Notes: a model not told the origin generated them from the letters alone. 63,248 nucleotides of DNA, filler included, from Pelomyxa schiedti (GCA_020536535.1; 9 parts of 9 records of this genome joined end to end with filler, not necessarily neighbours in it), one strand, 5' to 3'; positions 46,275 through 60,501 are shown, counted from the whole stretch's first letter. Numbers and translations are program-made.

Positions 46275-47761
46275 CTGGGGGAAAAAAGCACCACACATTA
46301 AGAGAGAAGTATTAAAACAGACCCTTGTCGGGCATCTATCAGCAGCCTATACATGGGACAGGGTGAGGGCACATTTCTGGTGGCTGAGGGCGAGGACAGA
46401 CGTCGTGAATTACTGTGAGTCCTGCAGGCAGTGTGCTGTAGCAAAGACCCCTGCTCACATGAGTTGCGCTGTGGGACACCCCTTACCAGTCCCATCGAGG
46501 CCGGGCGTGGTGATGAGTTTGGATTACGTAGGACCACTCAGGACGACCAAGCGCGGACACGCGTACATCTTGGTGATGATCGATCACTTCTCGGGGGATG
46601 TCGAGCTTAAGGCGACAAAGCATCCAGACGCGGAATCGGCAGCGAGGGCGGTGGTGAACTGGGTGTGCCGCAGGGGGCCACCAGAACAGATGATCAGCGA
46701 CCGAGGCTCGCACTTCATCAACAAGGTGATGGAGGATGTGTGCAAGGCCCTGGGGATCAAACAGAAATACACAACCCCATACCACCCCCAAACAGATGGG
46801 AAGACAGAGCGATACAACAGGGTATTGGTGGAAATGCTCAGGATATATACCAACCGGGATAAGAACAACTGGGATGAGCTCCTGCCCATGTTAGCGTTTG
46901 CTTACCGTACGGCCACAAGCAGGACAACAGGGTTTTCTCCATTCTTCCTGGAGCATGGGAGGGATGCCAGGAGCATTGGCTTGGCTACAGAACTGGGGGT
47001 AGACGGCTATACAGGAGATCATGCAGAGAGACTCACAAAGAGGGTGAGGGAGGCGTGGAAGACAGCACAGAGAACAGCAGAGCTGGCAAGGCAGGCATGG
47101 GACGTGACCAGAATGGAGCGCACTGACGCGACACAGGTGAAGTACAAGGTTGGGGATCTGGTGTACGTGCTGAGAAACGGCGGACACAAGGATAGGGAGC
47201 TGGGGAAACTAGGGGCCAAGTGGAAGGGGCCTTACCGAATTGGCCATCCCAGTGGAAGGGGCTGCAAGGCTCGAGGACCTGGAAGGAGGTGAGTCACACA
47301 AGCTTATAAACCTTGGCCAGCTATGCAAGTGCCATGAAAGATTGGCAGAGGAAGGAAGGGAGGTACACAGGAGAGAGACAGCCGATGTTGCCCCAACAGG
47401 AGCAGGGGAAATGACAGTGGACGAGCCAATTGAGAATGCAGCGGCCGTCAACAATCAAGAGAGGGGGTCACACCCAGACAAAACAGGCAAGGAAAGGGAT
47501 AAACCCACCAGCCACAAGGCAACAGCAGAAGGCGATGCTGACAAGACAGAAGAGGAGACCACACCTGAACCACTCGAGATAGAGGCAGTGAGGGGAGAGA
47601 GGTGGAAGGAGGATGGGAGACAATACTTAGTCAAGTGGAAGGGGAAGAGTGAGGCACAGAACACATGGCAGTACGAGGACGACTGCGCTGGATGTTTGTC
47701 ACTCATCAAGGAGTTCAAGGCTCAGTGCCGACGGGACCGCGCGGTGCGGGGAAGACCCTGA
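46275..47761 (+). mobile_element. Decayed Ty3/gypsy LTR retrotransposon: integrase plus chromodomain
   Basis: GH..FWW..CESCRQC zinc region; SLDYVGPL, MISDRGSHF and YHPQTDGKTERYN (DDE); KWKGPY; frameshift near 47240; chromodomain IEAVRGER..YLVKWKG..NTWQ. Confidence 0.9.
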
Positions 47762-47840
47762 AGGAAGGGGACCTCCACCCCACTACCTCTGGGCCTGTGA
47801 GTGACGAGGGGGGTGAAAGGGGGCATACCACGAAGCATGT

Positions 47841-48850
47841 AAGATGAGGGGGGAGTGTGTGATATCTCTTAAAGGAGCTAAAGGGACACTCAGGGGGGAC
47901 CCTGAGGAAGATCTGTTACGAAGAAAATAGAACCCCCTTAAGTCCACTATCGCACGTTTTTAAGCTAGATAACACGTGGTGGAGGTACAGTACGATCCCT
48001 ATGCCTAACAACAAGGGCGGAAGAATCGCTAAGAGCGATAATACCAAGCGTAAAGTAAACGAGGAGTCTGATGATGGGGAGAGCACCTCCTCAGGAAGAG
48101 GGAGATAAGGGAGTGGAAACACACGAAGATACAAAAGCGAGTGTGGAGACACAAAAAGCGCTCACACAAGCCACAAAAGGGCCTGCAGCAGCCAAAGACA
48201 CACCCAAAGGGAAGGCAACACCAAAAACACCAAAAACGGGGAAAACACAACAGCTAACACAGACTGAGCAAAAGAACACACCGAAAACCACCAACACAGG
48301 GGCAAATAAAACACCACAGAAGAGAAAGGAACAAGCGGGTGCAAGACTTAGTGCAAGCGCCATTAGACGAGGCGAACCAACACACCTGTGCCAAGCCGTA
48401 ACGGGATCGCACCTGGTACGGGGAGTCAACAAGTGCCCCTAGGAAACGTTGCAACACAGCTCTTCCCAACAGACGACACGATGTTAGCGAACAGGACCTT
48501 CACTCTGGCGCACGGTCAGTCTAGTATCCGTAGACGTATTTTGGACACCATCGACCCAACTCACATGAGAGACAACTCAATTGATCGGCCGAATTATGAC
48601 AAACCTAAAAATAGACCACTGAGGGGATAGAGCGAACTCCTGGGATGGACATCGAAAAGGAGGAATATCGTCACTAGACAGTGTAGTACAGTGCAGAGTG
48701 AGAGTAATCCACCCTGTGGTGACTGTGGATTATGTGTTATTTGGGTGGTATTAAAGTTACAAACTCCTGTTCCTCCCTCATTGGTTTTCTCGGCCACAAG
48801 TGACCCTCGACGTCCCTGCTCGCGCCAACAGTCCTACCCACGGTGTGACA
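47841..48850 (+). mobile_element. Candidate polypurine tract and 3' LTR
   Basis: AAGATGAGGGGGGAG, then TGTG.. at about 47856 (alternative start TGTTAC at 47914), possible end ..GGTGTGACA at 48850. No second LTR to confirm. Confidence 0.4.
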
Positions 48851-49607
48851 CATCGTATGGACGCACATCTGGGTACGGAGGCCCTGTGGTTCCAATGTTT
48901 GGGCCCAAAGGAAAAAAAAATACTTTGATTGTCAGTAGAACAACCTTCAAGCCTCTTAGCCCGCGGCAAAGGGTCAAATCGTTGTAAAACACATAGCCCA
49001 CAAATAGGAGGAGAAATCAGCTCATTTGGCCTGAGTTCAGGGGAGGTAATCACCAAATGAGTTTCTGCAGGAAAAGTACGGCACGAAAAACAAAATTTTC
49101 TAAGTCAGTGATGTTCAACGAAGCGTTTCATCACCACCCGCACGCTCTGCGTTTCATCACCACCCGCACGTTTTGGTGCACCACTCCGTTCCTTTCGGCC
49201 GTTGCCCAAAAAAAAAAAAAAGTGTTTCCCCCTCGCACCCCGCTTCTGGCTACACCACCGCACGCAACGCACGCAGGACACAACACTAACTAAAATGTTC
49301 ACATTTTTAAATTTTCCTGAATCAGGAATTTCCGATAATTTGATAAATCGACCCTGAGTCTAGGCGGAGTGTTCCACCCAACAGATGTTATCTCTGGGAT
49401 GGACTCTTTCCTATGTGTTTAATGACTTCCAGGATTTTTTTCCTGAGGGTCTGCTCTCTTTTCCGAGTTATTAAGGTCCCAAGTGAAGAAGAAAACATAG
49501 TAATATGTTTTGTGCCAAAGTTCCCTTAAAAGGAATTTTGTCAGAAACTCGGCCACTGATTTGAGTTGCCTCTCTTGAGCAACTTTCGTGCTCGTTGTCG
49601 TTTGTGA

Positions 49608-50302
49608 ATGCACGCGCCACCGACGACAACAACCAGACCGTCAGACGGTGGGAATCAGCACCCCCGCGTGAGTGTGACTGCTATTTCAGCTGTTTCCCAG
49701 TTCCTTGCGTTCGCGTGTGGCGCACTCCTTCTCCCACAGTGTGCATCTTATCATTGACGCCATTGCACTTGTTTGTTGGTTTTTTTTGTTTTTTGTTTGG
49801 TTTTTGTGTATTGTTTGGAGATGTCATGATTCTGTTCATCCAGGAGAGTTGGTTCTGGCACTGTTACTGGTAGATGTTGTGGAGTGGGACTGTTGTGTGG
49901 GTGCTGGTCATTGGTGGCTGAGCTTGGCAGGCGTTGGGTTGTTGGGGTGTGCAGGTGCGTGGCATTCACTCTTGCTGGCTTGGATGTGGATGCACCAAAT
50001 GGTCCTGTTCAGGTGCATGTGTTTGTGTCAGTATCACACACTGGGGGCGTTGTGAGTGTTGGGAACTGGGTCAGCACTGATCCTGGTGGTGGGCGCTGTG
50101 TGAGTGGGTGCATTGGAAAGGACAGGTTCGTGGTTACAAGCCTGAGTTTAGTAAATCCCTCTGTGAGGGTGGCAAACGCATCTGGTGAGGTGCTTGGAAG
50201 TGAACTGTGGAATCCAACGCCGAGTGATGGAGGCCCTGTGTACAGTGTGCACTGCAATAGGCACTGGATTGTGGTTCATGGCACAAACCTGAGTCTGTGG
50301 AA
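49608..50302 (+). CDS. 'QFxAL' family member, partial (spliced or disrupted; 3' truncated)
   Basis: SQFLAFACGALL.. followed by VAELGRRWVVG..VHVFVSVSHTGGVV..GKDRFVV, homologous to 42047-43402. Confidence 0.55.
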
Positions 50303-50402
50303 NNNNNNNNNNNNNNNNNNNNNNNNNNNNNNNNNNNNNNNNNNNNTTAATTAATTAANNNNNNNNNNNNNNNNNNNNNNNNNNNNNNNNNNNNNNNNNN
50401 NN

Positions 50403-51457
50403 GCAGTTCCTCCTGGTGACATTCATAGCTATGTAAGTAAGGGGAAAGAAGATAAATAATGAACCTCCATAAGCAGGTCACCACACCCCATGTGATGACG
50501 GACTCCCCCATTTCCATGTTCTTGGAAAATACCACTTGTCACAGTGCCTTCAAACTTTGATGTTGTTGAACTGTCACAGCTCTTAACCGTGGCGATACCT
50601 TCACCCACACCATCCCCCCTGAACGTGCCTGAGAATTGGTCACCGTTTGGCCACTTCATCGTGCCCGACCTGACCGCACCTCCTTCCCAAACACCATCAA
50701 ACGATGACCCATCACATGCCCACCTCATTGCCCCTTCACCATTCTCCTTGCCACACAACCACTGGCCCACGTACCTGTCGCCGTTTGCCCACAGCCTCAC
50801 GCCCAGACCATGGAACTTGTCATCCTTCCACTCCCCGACGTAGCTCCCTCCTCCATGGCTGTTTTCACCACCAAACAGCATCCTCCCATTCCCGCTCCTC
50901 TTGCCGTGCTCAAACACGCCATGGTACATGTCACCCGATCCATCAGGCGACCTCCACGTGCCACTCCCGTGCCACTGGCCCCTGTCCCACTCGCCCTCGT
51001 ACACCGTCTCCATCATCAACGCGTTTTCGTTCGGCTGCGTCCCCCTCTGCACGCCCCACCCGTGCAACTGGTGCTCGCTCGCCGCCTCGTTCCACGCCCA
51101 CTCGCCTTCGTAGGCCTTGGCCGGGCTGTGCCACGACCCCCTCTTCCAGCTGTCGTCCCTGAACAGGCCCTCGAAGGACCACCCGTCGGCGCGGCGGGAG
51201 ACGCCCCAGCCGTCCCTCTTGTCGTTGCGCCACTCGCCGGTGTGCGAGTCCCCGTCGAGCCACGTGTACATGCCTCGGCCGTGCATGTTGTCGTACTTCC
51301 AGTCGCCGTAGAAGGTCTGGCCGTTCTGCCACGTGCAGGTGCCCTTGCCGTCGCGCTGGTTGTCGACGAGGCGCCCAGTGTACGCGCCGTTGTTTGCCAC
51401 GCTGTGGTCAACAACCATCATCGTGGTACCTCCAGGAGGTGGTGCCGCTGTCGCCAT
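50403..51457 (-). CDS. MORN-repeat protein, 3' truncated by contig end
   Basis: Many YxGxW/FxxxxxxGxG MORN repeats. Confidence 0.85.
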
Positions 51458-51656
51458 AATGGAAAACTGCTTGGCAACAAAGTTTGCTGGAAATGAAAGT
51501 ACTCATCTTTGGTATCGCGAGTTCCTCCCACAGTGCCCAGCATTCACTCCTGAATCCTCGATTTGAGTGCGGGCGGTTCAGACTTGAGCCCAGATCCTGA
51601 TCAAAGAAACCGACCCTGAAAATCAAGGTTTTTGTTCAACCTACTACTTGGAAATA

Positions 51657-54502
51657 ATGTCTGCTGTTATGATGATAGTGGACGACACGTCGTTGGGGGA
51701 CGGTGGCACGTACACAGGCAGGCTCGTCCACAACAGGCGCGACGGCCGGGGCGCGGCCACGTGGCGGCGGTGGCGCAGCGGCACGTACGACGGCGAGTGG
51801 CGCGACAACAAGAGGCACGGCCGCGGCTCCCACCGGTGGCCCAACGGCACCACCTACGACGGCGAGTGGCACGCCGACAAGAGGGACGGCTGGGGCGTGT
51901 ACCGCTGGCCCGAGGGCTCGTGGTACGAGGGCCTGTGGCGGGGCGAGAACTGGGAGAGGGGCGCGTTCCACCACGAGAACGGCGTCGACGTGTTCGAGGG
52001 TGCGTGGAGCCAAGCAGTCGAAATGCAGGGGTGGGGTGTGCAGAGGAGAACAGTCAACGGCAACAGCAGCAACAACAGCAAAAGCAGCAACCGCAAGAGT
52101 GTAACAACAGCAGCAGCAGCAGCGGCGAGTTCAACACCAAGAACAAGCGATGTGATTATGATGGAGACGGTGTATGAGGGTGAGTGGGACAGGGACAAGT
52201 GGCATGGGAGGGGGACTTGGAGGTCGCCTGATGGATCGGGTGACCTCTACCATGGCAAGTTTGAAAACGGCAAGAGGAGCGGGAATGGGAGCATGCTGTT
52301 TGGCGGTGATGGAGGGAGCTACGTTGGGGAGTGGAAGAACGACAAGTTCCATGGTCAGGGTGTGAGGCTGTGGGCAAACGGCGACAGGTACGATGGCAAG
52401 TGGGTGTGTGGCATGGAGAACGGCGAAGGGACAAGGACGTGGTCAAGGGATGGATCATCATTCACGGGGTTGTGGGAGATGGGCACGCCAAAGAAGGGAA
52501 CGAGGAGGTGGCCAAACGGTGACATGTTTGAAGGCACCTTCACAACAGCTCCACAGCAACAAAGTGGAGGGAGTGATTCTGGTGACTGGAGTGCTTTGGA
52601 GTTGCAAGGGGAGGGTGTTGCGACACTCTCTTCTTCTTCAGAGGGGCACAATGTGAACCTATTGAGAGGAATCCTCAACAAGAATAATGTATTCATACAA
52701 CAGGACGGTGGTGAAAGTGAGCCTGCCAGGCTGCAGCAACACAAGATGGGGTACCTTCCACCATTTGAGATGATTGAGGTGTGTGCTTTGTTTAGTATTA
52801 TTCTTTTTTGCCATTCCCAATAAAAACAAAAAGGCACTGAAAACTGAATACACAAAAGAAATGAATGCAGCCAAAAAACAGTGGGAGGTGTGTTTTTTCA
52901 GTTCCCACATCTCTCAATTATTTGCTCTCACTTTCTTCTTTTTTACAGCAAGTCAATGAAAGTAACATCAAGCAACACAACCAACTGAACCAAAAAATTG
53001 AAGAGCTGGAACAAAAACTCCAAAAACAGCAAGAAGAACTGCAAAACAATGAAGACAATGATCCCCAATTCCTCCCTCTGACCACAATGCAGCCGGTGTT
53101 GCCTGAACTGACGGAAGCTTTCCAACTTGCCACACAGTTCCAATCCCAGATGAAGGCATCAGCACGAGAGCTCCTCTTGCTTCAAGAGTCACTCGCCAAC
53201 ATGAACTCGAGCCTTCAAGGAGCCACACAGCACAACGAGGAGCTGGCCTCACACCTGAGGGACCTTTCTGTGTTGAAGCACGCACTGGGAAAGCAACTTG
53301 AGGAAGCTTGTGAATCTTGCAAAAAAGTTCTTGGGCAGACACTGACGGCTCAGGACAGTGAGGCAGAGATTCAACAGTGCTCAAGGAACCTCGCAGAGTT
53401 GACAAAGAAGGTGTTGGGAATCAAACCAATCGACAGACAAGCTCCAGAACCATCACCACCCCAAGGTACTGAAAACATTTCTTACGACTAATGTGCTGAA
53501 AGAAACAGGTTTCAGTAACAACAGCCTTCTGTTGCTGCAATCTTTGCAAGAAAGTACAGGGTGCTGTCAATCTGGTGATGACTCCACGACACCAGTGGAA
53601 CCTTTCCGTTTTCTGGGACCACTCACTGACACACTCACACAGCTTCAAGGGTGCCTGTTCGAGCATTGTACAAAGCTTGTAGATCAACACACCAGGCTCT
53701 CAAAGGAGCTCTCTGATCAGGTAACCCTGGGACACAACCTCCACAAGCAAATTGAGGAGATACAAGGCTCATGNNNNNNNNNNNNNNNNNNNNNNNNNNN
53801 NNNNNNNNNNNNNNNNNNNNNNNNNNNNNNNNNNNNNNNNNNNNNNNNNNNNNNNNNNNNNNNNNNNNNNNNNGCCTGTTCGAGCATTGTACAAAGCTTG
53901 TAGATCAACACACCAGGCTCTCAAAGGAGCTCTCTGATCAGGTAACCCTGGGACACAACCTCCACAAGCAAATTGAGGAGATACAAGGCTCATGCTCAGA
54001 GCTGATGAGACAACACAAAACCAAGTGGATGCTTCAGCGAGGGATGGAGGGTGACGAGCAGTTCATTGCATTGCCTGCTGTGTGGTCTCAGCTCTCTCAG
54101 TTGCTCCCTCCAGCTCAACAGGCGCTTGTCGACCTCATTGTTATTGTTGCCAAGTCCACTTCCTCTTGCTCTTCTTCCATTGACCCTCAGAAACAAACAC
54201 CAGCAGGAGTAGCAGCGGCAAGAAGAGCAACACTTCCAGGGTGCACTGCAGCCACTTCTTCACCATCAGACAACAACAACAGCCAGGACACAGTGGTGGT
54301 GCTGTGCTTTGTGTGTGAGGAGAGGCCACCCAACATTTGCTTCCAGCCCTGTGGTCACATTGTTGTGTGCTCTGAGGTTTGTTGTTGCTATTTCAATCTC
54401 ATTTGACACTTTTCCCTGAAACAACCTCAACAGTGTTCAACAGCTCTGAAGAGGTGCACCACATGCCGCACACCCATTCACAACAAGCAGACTCTTTTCT
54501 GA
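51657..54502 (+). CDS. MORN repeats, coiled coil, C-terminal C3HC4 RING (putative E3 ligase), multi-exon
   Basis: MORN repeats, a Q/E/L-rich coil, then CFVCEERPPNICFQPCGHIVVCSE, intron, CSTALKRCTTCRTPI and TGA at 54500. Spans an N gap with duplicated flanks. Confidence 0.8.
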
Positions 54503-55196
54503 AAAAAAACCCTTGTTTATTTCTTTGGAATTGATAACCATCAAAGTGACATCAAATCTTTGGGTTTGGTTTTTGCGTGGTGTTGCTCTCCGATGCGGTT
54601 CATCGTCATCATGCACCCCAAAAAAATGCTTGGTTTTCGTTTTTGTGGGTGTTGGTCCACTCGACAACCAATGTGTCATTTTCCCCCAAAAAATGCTACG
54701 TCTCCTTGGACTTTGGGTATTTTTTGTTGTACTTTGCGTGTAGACGGGAAATGGCCTCCTTTCAACCACGACGGGCAATGACAACAGAAACACACCTTGT
54801 GGTTTTTTCACTGTGTTTGTAATTGTGAGGTATCATGTTTAAAAGTGTTGTGACTTGTTGACATCGGGTATCGGCGATAAAGGATAAGATAATAGATGCG
54901 ATTTTATTATTTTTTGATCGTGGTAAAGAAGTGAATGTTGTGTGTGTTGCTCGCGCTTATAAGCCTGCACATGGAAGGTGTAATTCAGTGTGGAAGGTTC
55001 AAGTCACGCTTCTCCAGGTGCATGTATATCTCGTTGGGCGCTACCGGACAATTTCACACTTAACTCCGAGTTATGGGTCGTGAACGTTTGTAACCAAAAA
55101 ATGTTATGGGTGCTGTTTGTGTCATTTGTGAACACTTTATTTTGAGGTTCGTGTTGTGTTTTCCTTGTTTGTGGACACAAACAGTAGTCTTAAAAA

Positions 55197-57542
55197 CTAC
55201 AGTATCGATGGGGGCAACGATCTGGCACTATCTGTGATGGCCGAAGCAGAAGAGTTGCCCTGCTGTTGCCCTGAGATAGTATTCTGCGTGGGTGCAACAA
55301 CAGTACCATTGGGCAGATGTACTTGGAAGTTATACAGATCAGCACCTGCATACATAATCAGATCAAAAAAGAAGTAACTACAAACATTACGCAGGAAGCG
55401 TTTCAAGAAATGGATCATTTGTGTACAGCAGAATAGAGGGCCCGTGCTTCATCAGCACCAAACTGCTCAAAAGTCCAATAACTCTTGGTTGTCCATTTGG
55501 AATGGCGATGTTGAACACCATACCGGGAGCTATACCTTTGAGAAAACAGGAAGTTAGAGACTAAGGAAATACCAATGAGAAGTAACAGAGACAAACACAA
55601 CTGGTCAACAACATCCACATTGTGATAGTGCGAGCGGTACTCCCAAACCATGGAGGGCATGAGCTCTTCACCTGCCTTAAATGCCTTCTTGTTCCCACAA
55701 AACCCTGGTTTCACCCTTAATAGTGATTAGAAATCGACTATCAAGGTGGAATAACACATACATGCAGTATCGGGAAATACTTGGCTAGGGTGGTTGTACA
55801 TCTTATGAAAAGATGCAGCAGAAATAAAATTTGATATAAAATTCACTCGGCAGTTGTCTTCGTAAATCAATGCAGTAATGGGGTGGTCAACCATCATACT
55901 GAAATGAAACTCGCACTTGTGCCAATTTTCCCCAACTGGCTGATGTACAAAGTTTGTGAATACCTAGAGGGTTTTAATAAAGCAAAAGAGGTGAGTGTCC
56001 GACATGCACATCGCCCATTCTGTTTGTTTGGCACGTAACCACAAACTGAAAGCCCGCATTGTGGAGGTTACATAGCATTTTTGACAAAGGAAAATATCTA
56101 TCCATTGATACCACAAGGTAGTGAACTCAAGTTCCAATTTAAATAATCAACAATCCAGCGGATGGATCTCAGCCTGTCATCTGGATTCTCTGCAGGATCA
56201 GAAAAGTGCAACACTCTGTTGAGGTCCCTGAAGCTACGCGTTGGTAAGAATATAACTTATTGTAGGCCGTTTCAGAACCCACATCCAGCAGACCTAAATC
56301 ACACTCACCCAAACCGGACCAGATCGGCTATAGTTCTATCAGCAGTCGCAGTGACATCACCACACACACTGTTTAGAACTATCCTAAAGGATTAGAAGTG
56401 ATAGAAACAATAGAGAACACTTTTGTTCGCTTGCCGACTTTCGTTTCGGACATCCACAAGGGCTTGTCTTACACTTATATAGAAACACATATATTGATAA
56501 TACCGCTTCTGTGACATAAGTTCCCGAACCCAAGGTGAAGCTCCCTCCATGGTCCGTCCAGCAGTGGTCCTTCCATGAAGCTTGGCGGAACAGGCCCGCT
56601 GGAAAGGTGGGAATTGAATAAACAAATGAAGTCATTTTAACATACCAGCGATATAAACTCCAGAGAGCAGCTGAAGNNNNNNNNNNNNNNNNNNNNNNNN
56701 NNNNNNNNNNNNNNNNNNNNNNNNNNNNNNNNNNNNNNNNNNNNNNNNNNNNNNNNNNNNNNNNNNNNNNNNNNNNGAAGTTAGAGACTAAGGAAATACC
56801 AATGAGAAGTAACAGAGACAAACACAACTGGTCAACAACATCCACATTGTGATAGTGCGAGCGGTACTCCCAAACCATGGAGGGCATGAGCTCTTCATTC
56901 CCTTAAATGCCTTCTTGTTCCCACAAAACCCTGGTTTGACCATTTTCACCCAAGGGTTTGTCTTGTCAACTTTAATAGTGATTAGAAATCGACTATCAAA
57001 GGTGGAATAACACATACATGCAGTATCGGGAAATACTTGGCTAGGGTGGTTGTACATCTTATGAAAAGATGCAGCAGAAATAAAATTTGTCCCAGTGCTC
57101 CAGTGCAGGGCACTTAGCAGAGAGTACACGGTTATTTCCGTCGAACACAGCTCCTCCTTTATTGCGTACATTAGGGGTTACAGTAATGTAAGAAGTACTG
57201 ATACCTTTTCTAAACACTCTGTTGAGGTCCCTGAAGCTACGCGTAAATATAACTTATATAGAAACACATATATTGATAATACCGCTTCTGTGACATAAGT
57301 TCCCGAACCCAAGGTGAAGCTCCCTCCATGGTCCATCCAGCAGTGGTCCTTCCATGAAGCTTGGCGGAACAGGCCCACTGGAAAGGTGGGAATTGAATAA
57401 ACAAATGAAGTCATTTTAACATACCAGCGATATAAACTCCAGAGAGGAGTTCAATTTCAGCAGCTGAAGTGTGAAAGGACTCAAATCCTTTAACATTATG
57501 GGCGTAACTGAGAGTATGTCAAGAGGGTGGTTTAGACAGAGC
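55197..57542 (-). mobile_element. Fragmented piggyBac-like (DDE_Tnp_1_7) transposase copies
   Basis: Translated pieces FRDLNRVLHFSD..DDRLRSIRWIVDYLN, SMDRYF..L..AG..VTCQTNR and PSMVWEYRSHYHNVDVVDQL..RHSKW. Overlapping duplicated segments are separated by gaps. Confidence 0.7.
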
Positions 57543-57642
57543 NNNNNNNNNNNNNNNNNNNNNNNNNNNNNNNNNNNNNNNNNNNNNNNNNNNNNNNNNN
57601 NNNNNNNNNNNNNNNNNNNNNNNNNNNNNNNNNNNNNNNNNN

Positions 57643-57761
<119 letters not shown>

Positions 57762-58123
57762 CACAGTAGAGTGACAGCTGTCACCCAAACACACACCTGT
57801 TGTCACTTGACAGGTTACTTGGCAGCGACCAGGCACCTTGAGTTTTCGAAAAAAACAGGACTGGGTGGTGTCGACATGTCCTCCCTCTAGCAGGCAGAAC
57901 GAGCTCCTCCCAGAAATTCACCACTGGGTGCTGCCAGAGATGTCACTGAACTTCGACTGCAGAAATGACTGTCTGGCACCAAATCAACACCGTCCTTCAA
58001 GAAACACCCATTGTGGCACTGTTGCCAACGTTGGTGTCTTGCCACTCAGCCTGGTGGTATAAATAAGTCTAAAACCTTTTCTAAAGGTGATTTCTATCCA
58101 ATCCCTACGCGTTTTGCCACACA

Positions 58124-59780
58124 CTAGCCATCAGTGCAGTGACAATGGTTGTTGACAACATTTTGGTAATGCCTGGTGCAACGTACACTGGTCGGGTGGG
58201 CGATGGCAAACCCGACGGCAGGGGCACCACAAAATGGCCAGACGGCGACACGTACGATGGTGTGCAGCTCAACGGAGCCAAGACGGGCTGAGGGGTGTAC
58301 AAGTGGCACCATGCCGAAACCCACAAGGGAGAGTGGCTCTACAACAAGAGGGATGGGTGGGGTGTGGAACACTGGGCTGATGGCCGGTGGTTCGAGGGGC
58401 TGTGGAGGGATAACCACCGGAAAAGGGGAATGTGGCACCACAGCGACGGTGTGGATGTGTGGGATGGCAAGTGGGTGTGGAATGCAACAACAAATTGTCA
58501 TGACATGCAGGGGTGGGGTGTGCAAAGGAGGATGACAACAAAGGGGGGGGCCACAGTAAAAATGGTGGTCACGGTGTATGAGGGTGAGTGGGACAGGGGC
58601 AAGTGGCATGGTGTGGGAACGTGGGTGTCACCTGATGGCTCGGGTGACATCTACCATGGTCAGTTTGACCACGGCAAGAAATGTGGAACAGGGAGCATCC
58701 TGTTTGGTGCTGGAGGAGGGAGTTATGTTGGTGAGTGGAAGGATGACGTGTTCCATGGTTGGGGTGTGAGGCTGTGGGCAAACGGTGACAGGTATGATGG
58801 CCAGTGGGTGCAGGGGAAGGAGCATGGTGAAGGAACCAAGATGTGGAGCAGGGATGGATCGTCGTTCACTGGGTTGTGGGAGGGTGGTGTTCCAACAAAG
58901 GGGATGAGGAACTTGGCTCACAAATAAAATACAATACAGAAACTGAAAAAAGACCACAACAAAGAGAAAAGCGATCTTGAGGCAAAACTGAAAGAAGAAA
59001 TGAGAGCAGCCAAAGAACACTGGGAAGTGTGTGCTGTGTCTCTTACTCTCTCTCTCTCTTTACAATCCAATTCATTGCTTCTGACACATGTTCCTTTCCC
59101 ACTTAAAGCAAGTCACAGAAAGAAATAATGAACAGCACAGTGAGCAAATCAACCAAGTGAAGAAAAACCTCCAACAACTGCAAGAGAAACTACAAAGCTC
59201 CTTGGGCAGACACTGACGGTGCATAACAGTGAGCCTGAGATCCAGGAGTGTGCCAGGAACATCTCAACACTCACAAAAAAGGTTTTGGGAATCAAGTCCT
59301 CTGCCACTTCAACGCACACTGTTCTGAAAGAAGAAGGTAAAAAAACACTTCTTATCTGTTGACTTGACAAACAAAATAAAACAACAGAGAGTGATGATGA
59401 CAACACTGTGGATGACATTCTGATGAAACCTCTTCTACAGCTTCAACGTGACCATACATTAACACCACCATTCCAGTTGCTGTGCACTCTCTCAGACACA
59501 CTCGCACAACTCCAGAGGTGCCAGTTTTCAGAGTGCACAAAGCTCGCCGACAAACACACAGTGCTGTCAAAGGAGCTGTCTGAGCAGGTTTCAATTGGAG
59601 GCACACTCCACAAGGCCATCGAGGACACACAGAGAGAATGTTCAGAGCTTCAGAGGGAACACAATGGCAAGTGGAAGGTTCAGCGAGGGTTGGAGGGTGA
59701 TGAGAGGTTCATTGGGATGCCTTGTGTGTGGTCTCAGCTCTCTGAGTTGCTCCCTCAGGCTCAACAAGCCATGTTTCCAC
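58124..59780 (+). pseudogene. MORN-coil paralog, frameshifted and truncated before the RING by a piggyBac-like fragment
   Basis: Homologous to 51657-54502, with a frame shift near 58290 and deletions; switches to transposase DNA at about 59781. Confidence 0.7.
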
Positions 59781-60460
59781 AGCATAAATAAAATTTGTCC
59801 CAGTGCTCCAGTGCAGGGCACTTAGCAGAGAGTACACGGTTATTTCCGTCGAACACAGCTCCTCCTTTATTGCATACATTAGGGGTTACAGTAATGTAAG
59901 AAGTACTGATACCTTTTCTAAACACTCTGTTGAGGTCCCTGAAGCTACGCGTTGGTAAGAATATAACTTATATAGAAACACATATATTGATAATACCGCT
60001 TCTGTGACATAAGTTCCCAAACCCAAGGTGAAGCTCCCTCCATGGTCCGTCCAGCAGTGGTCCTTCCATGAAGCTTTGCGGAACAGGCCCACTGGAAAGG
60101 TGGGAATTGAATAAACAAATGAAGTCATTTTAACATACCAGCGATATAAACTCCAGAGAGGAGTTCAATTTCAGTGAAAGGACTCAAATCCTTTAACATT
60201 CTGGGTGTAACTGAGAGTATGTCAAGAGGGTGGTTTAGACAGAGCGCACCCACCACCGGTTAGTTTCCACGGCAATGTGATTGAAAAAGTTGTCATCAAA
60301 TACTTCACACCACATGTCAACAGCAGAGGATGGAGTCTTGGGCACACTGAGGGAAAAAAAACAAAAACAAGCACATACCTGGGTAGTGCTTCACAGGGCC
60401 GACTAAACGGTATAGGATGGGCATCGTCGCTCCACAAACTGCCACCATCCACACACACCA
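59781..60460 (-). mobile_element. 5' part of the piggyBac-like transposase, with introns
   Basis: Near-identical to 57075-57542. The upstream exons give PSSAVDMWCEVFDDNFFNHIAVETNR after a GTATGT..CCTCAG intron (about 60378-60348). Confidence 0.65.
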
Positions 60461-60501
60461 ATTTTCAGGCAGGGTGCTCATTCAACTTTTTTGTGTTGCG
60501 G

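Noticed and set aside
48071-48442. K/T-rich 123-aa ORF downstream of the integrase
   Set aside because: Lies in the candidate LTR, is A-rich and has no domain signal.
53653-53993. Tandem duplication inside the MORN-RING gene
   Set aside because: About 120 nt is identical on both sides of a 100-N gap, which indicates an unmerged scaffold overlap.
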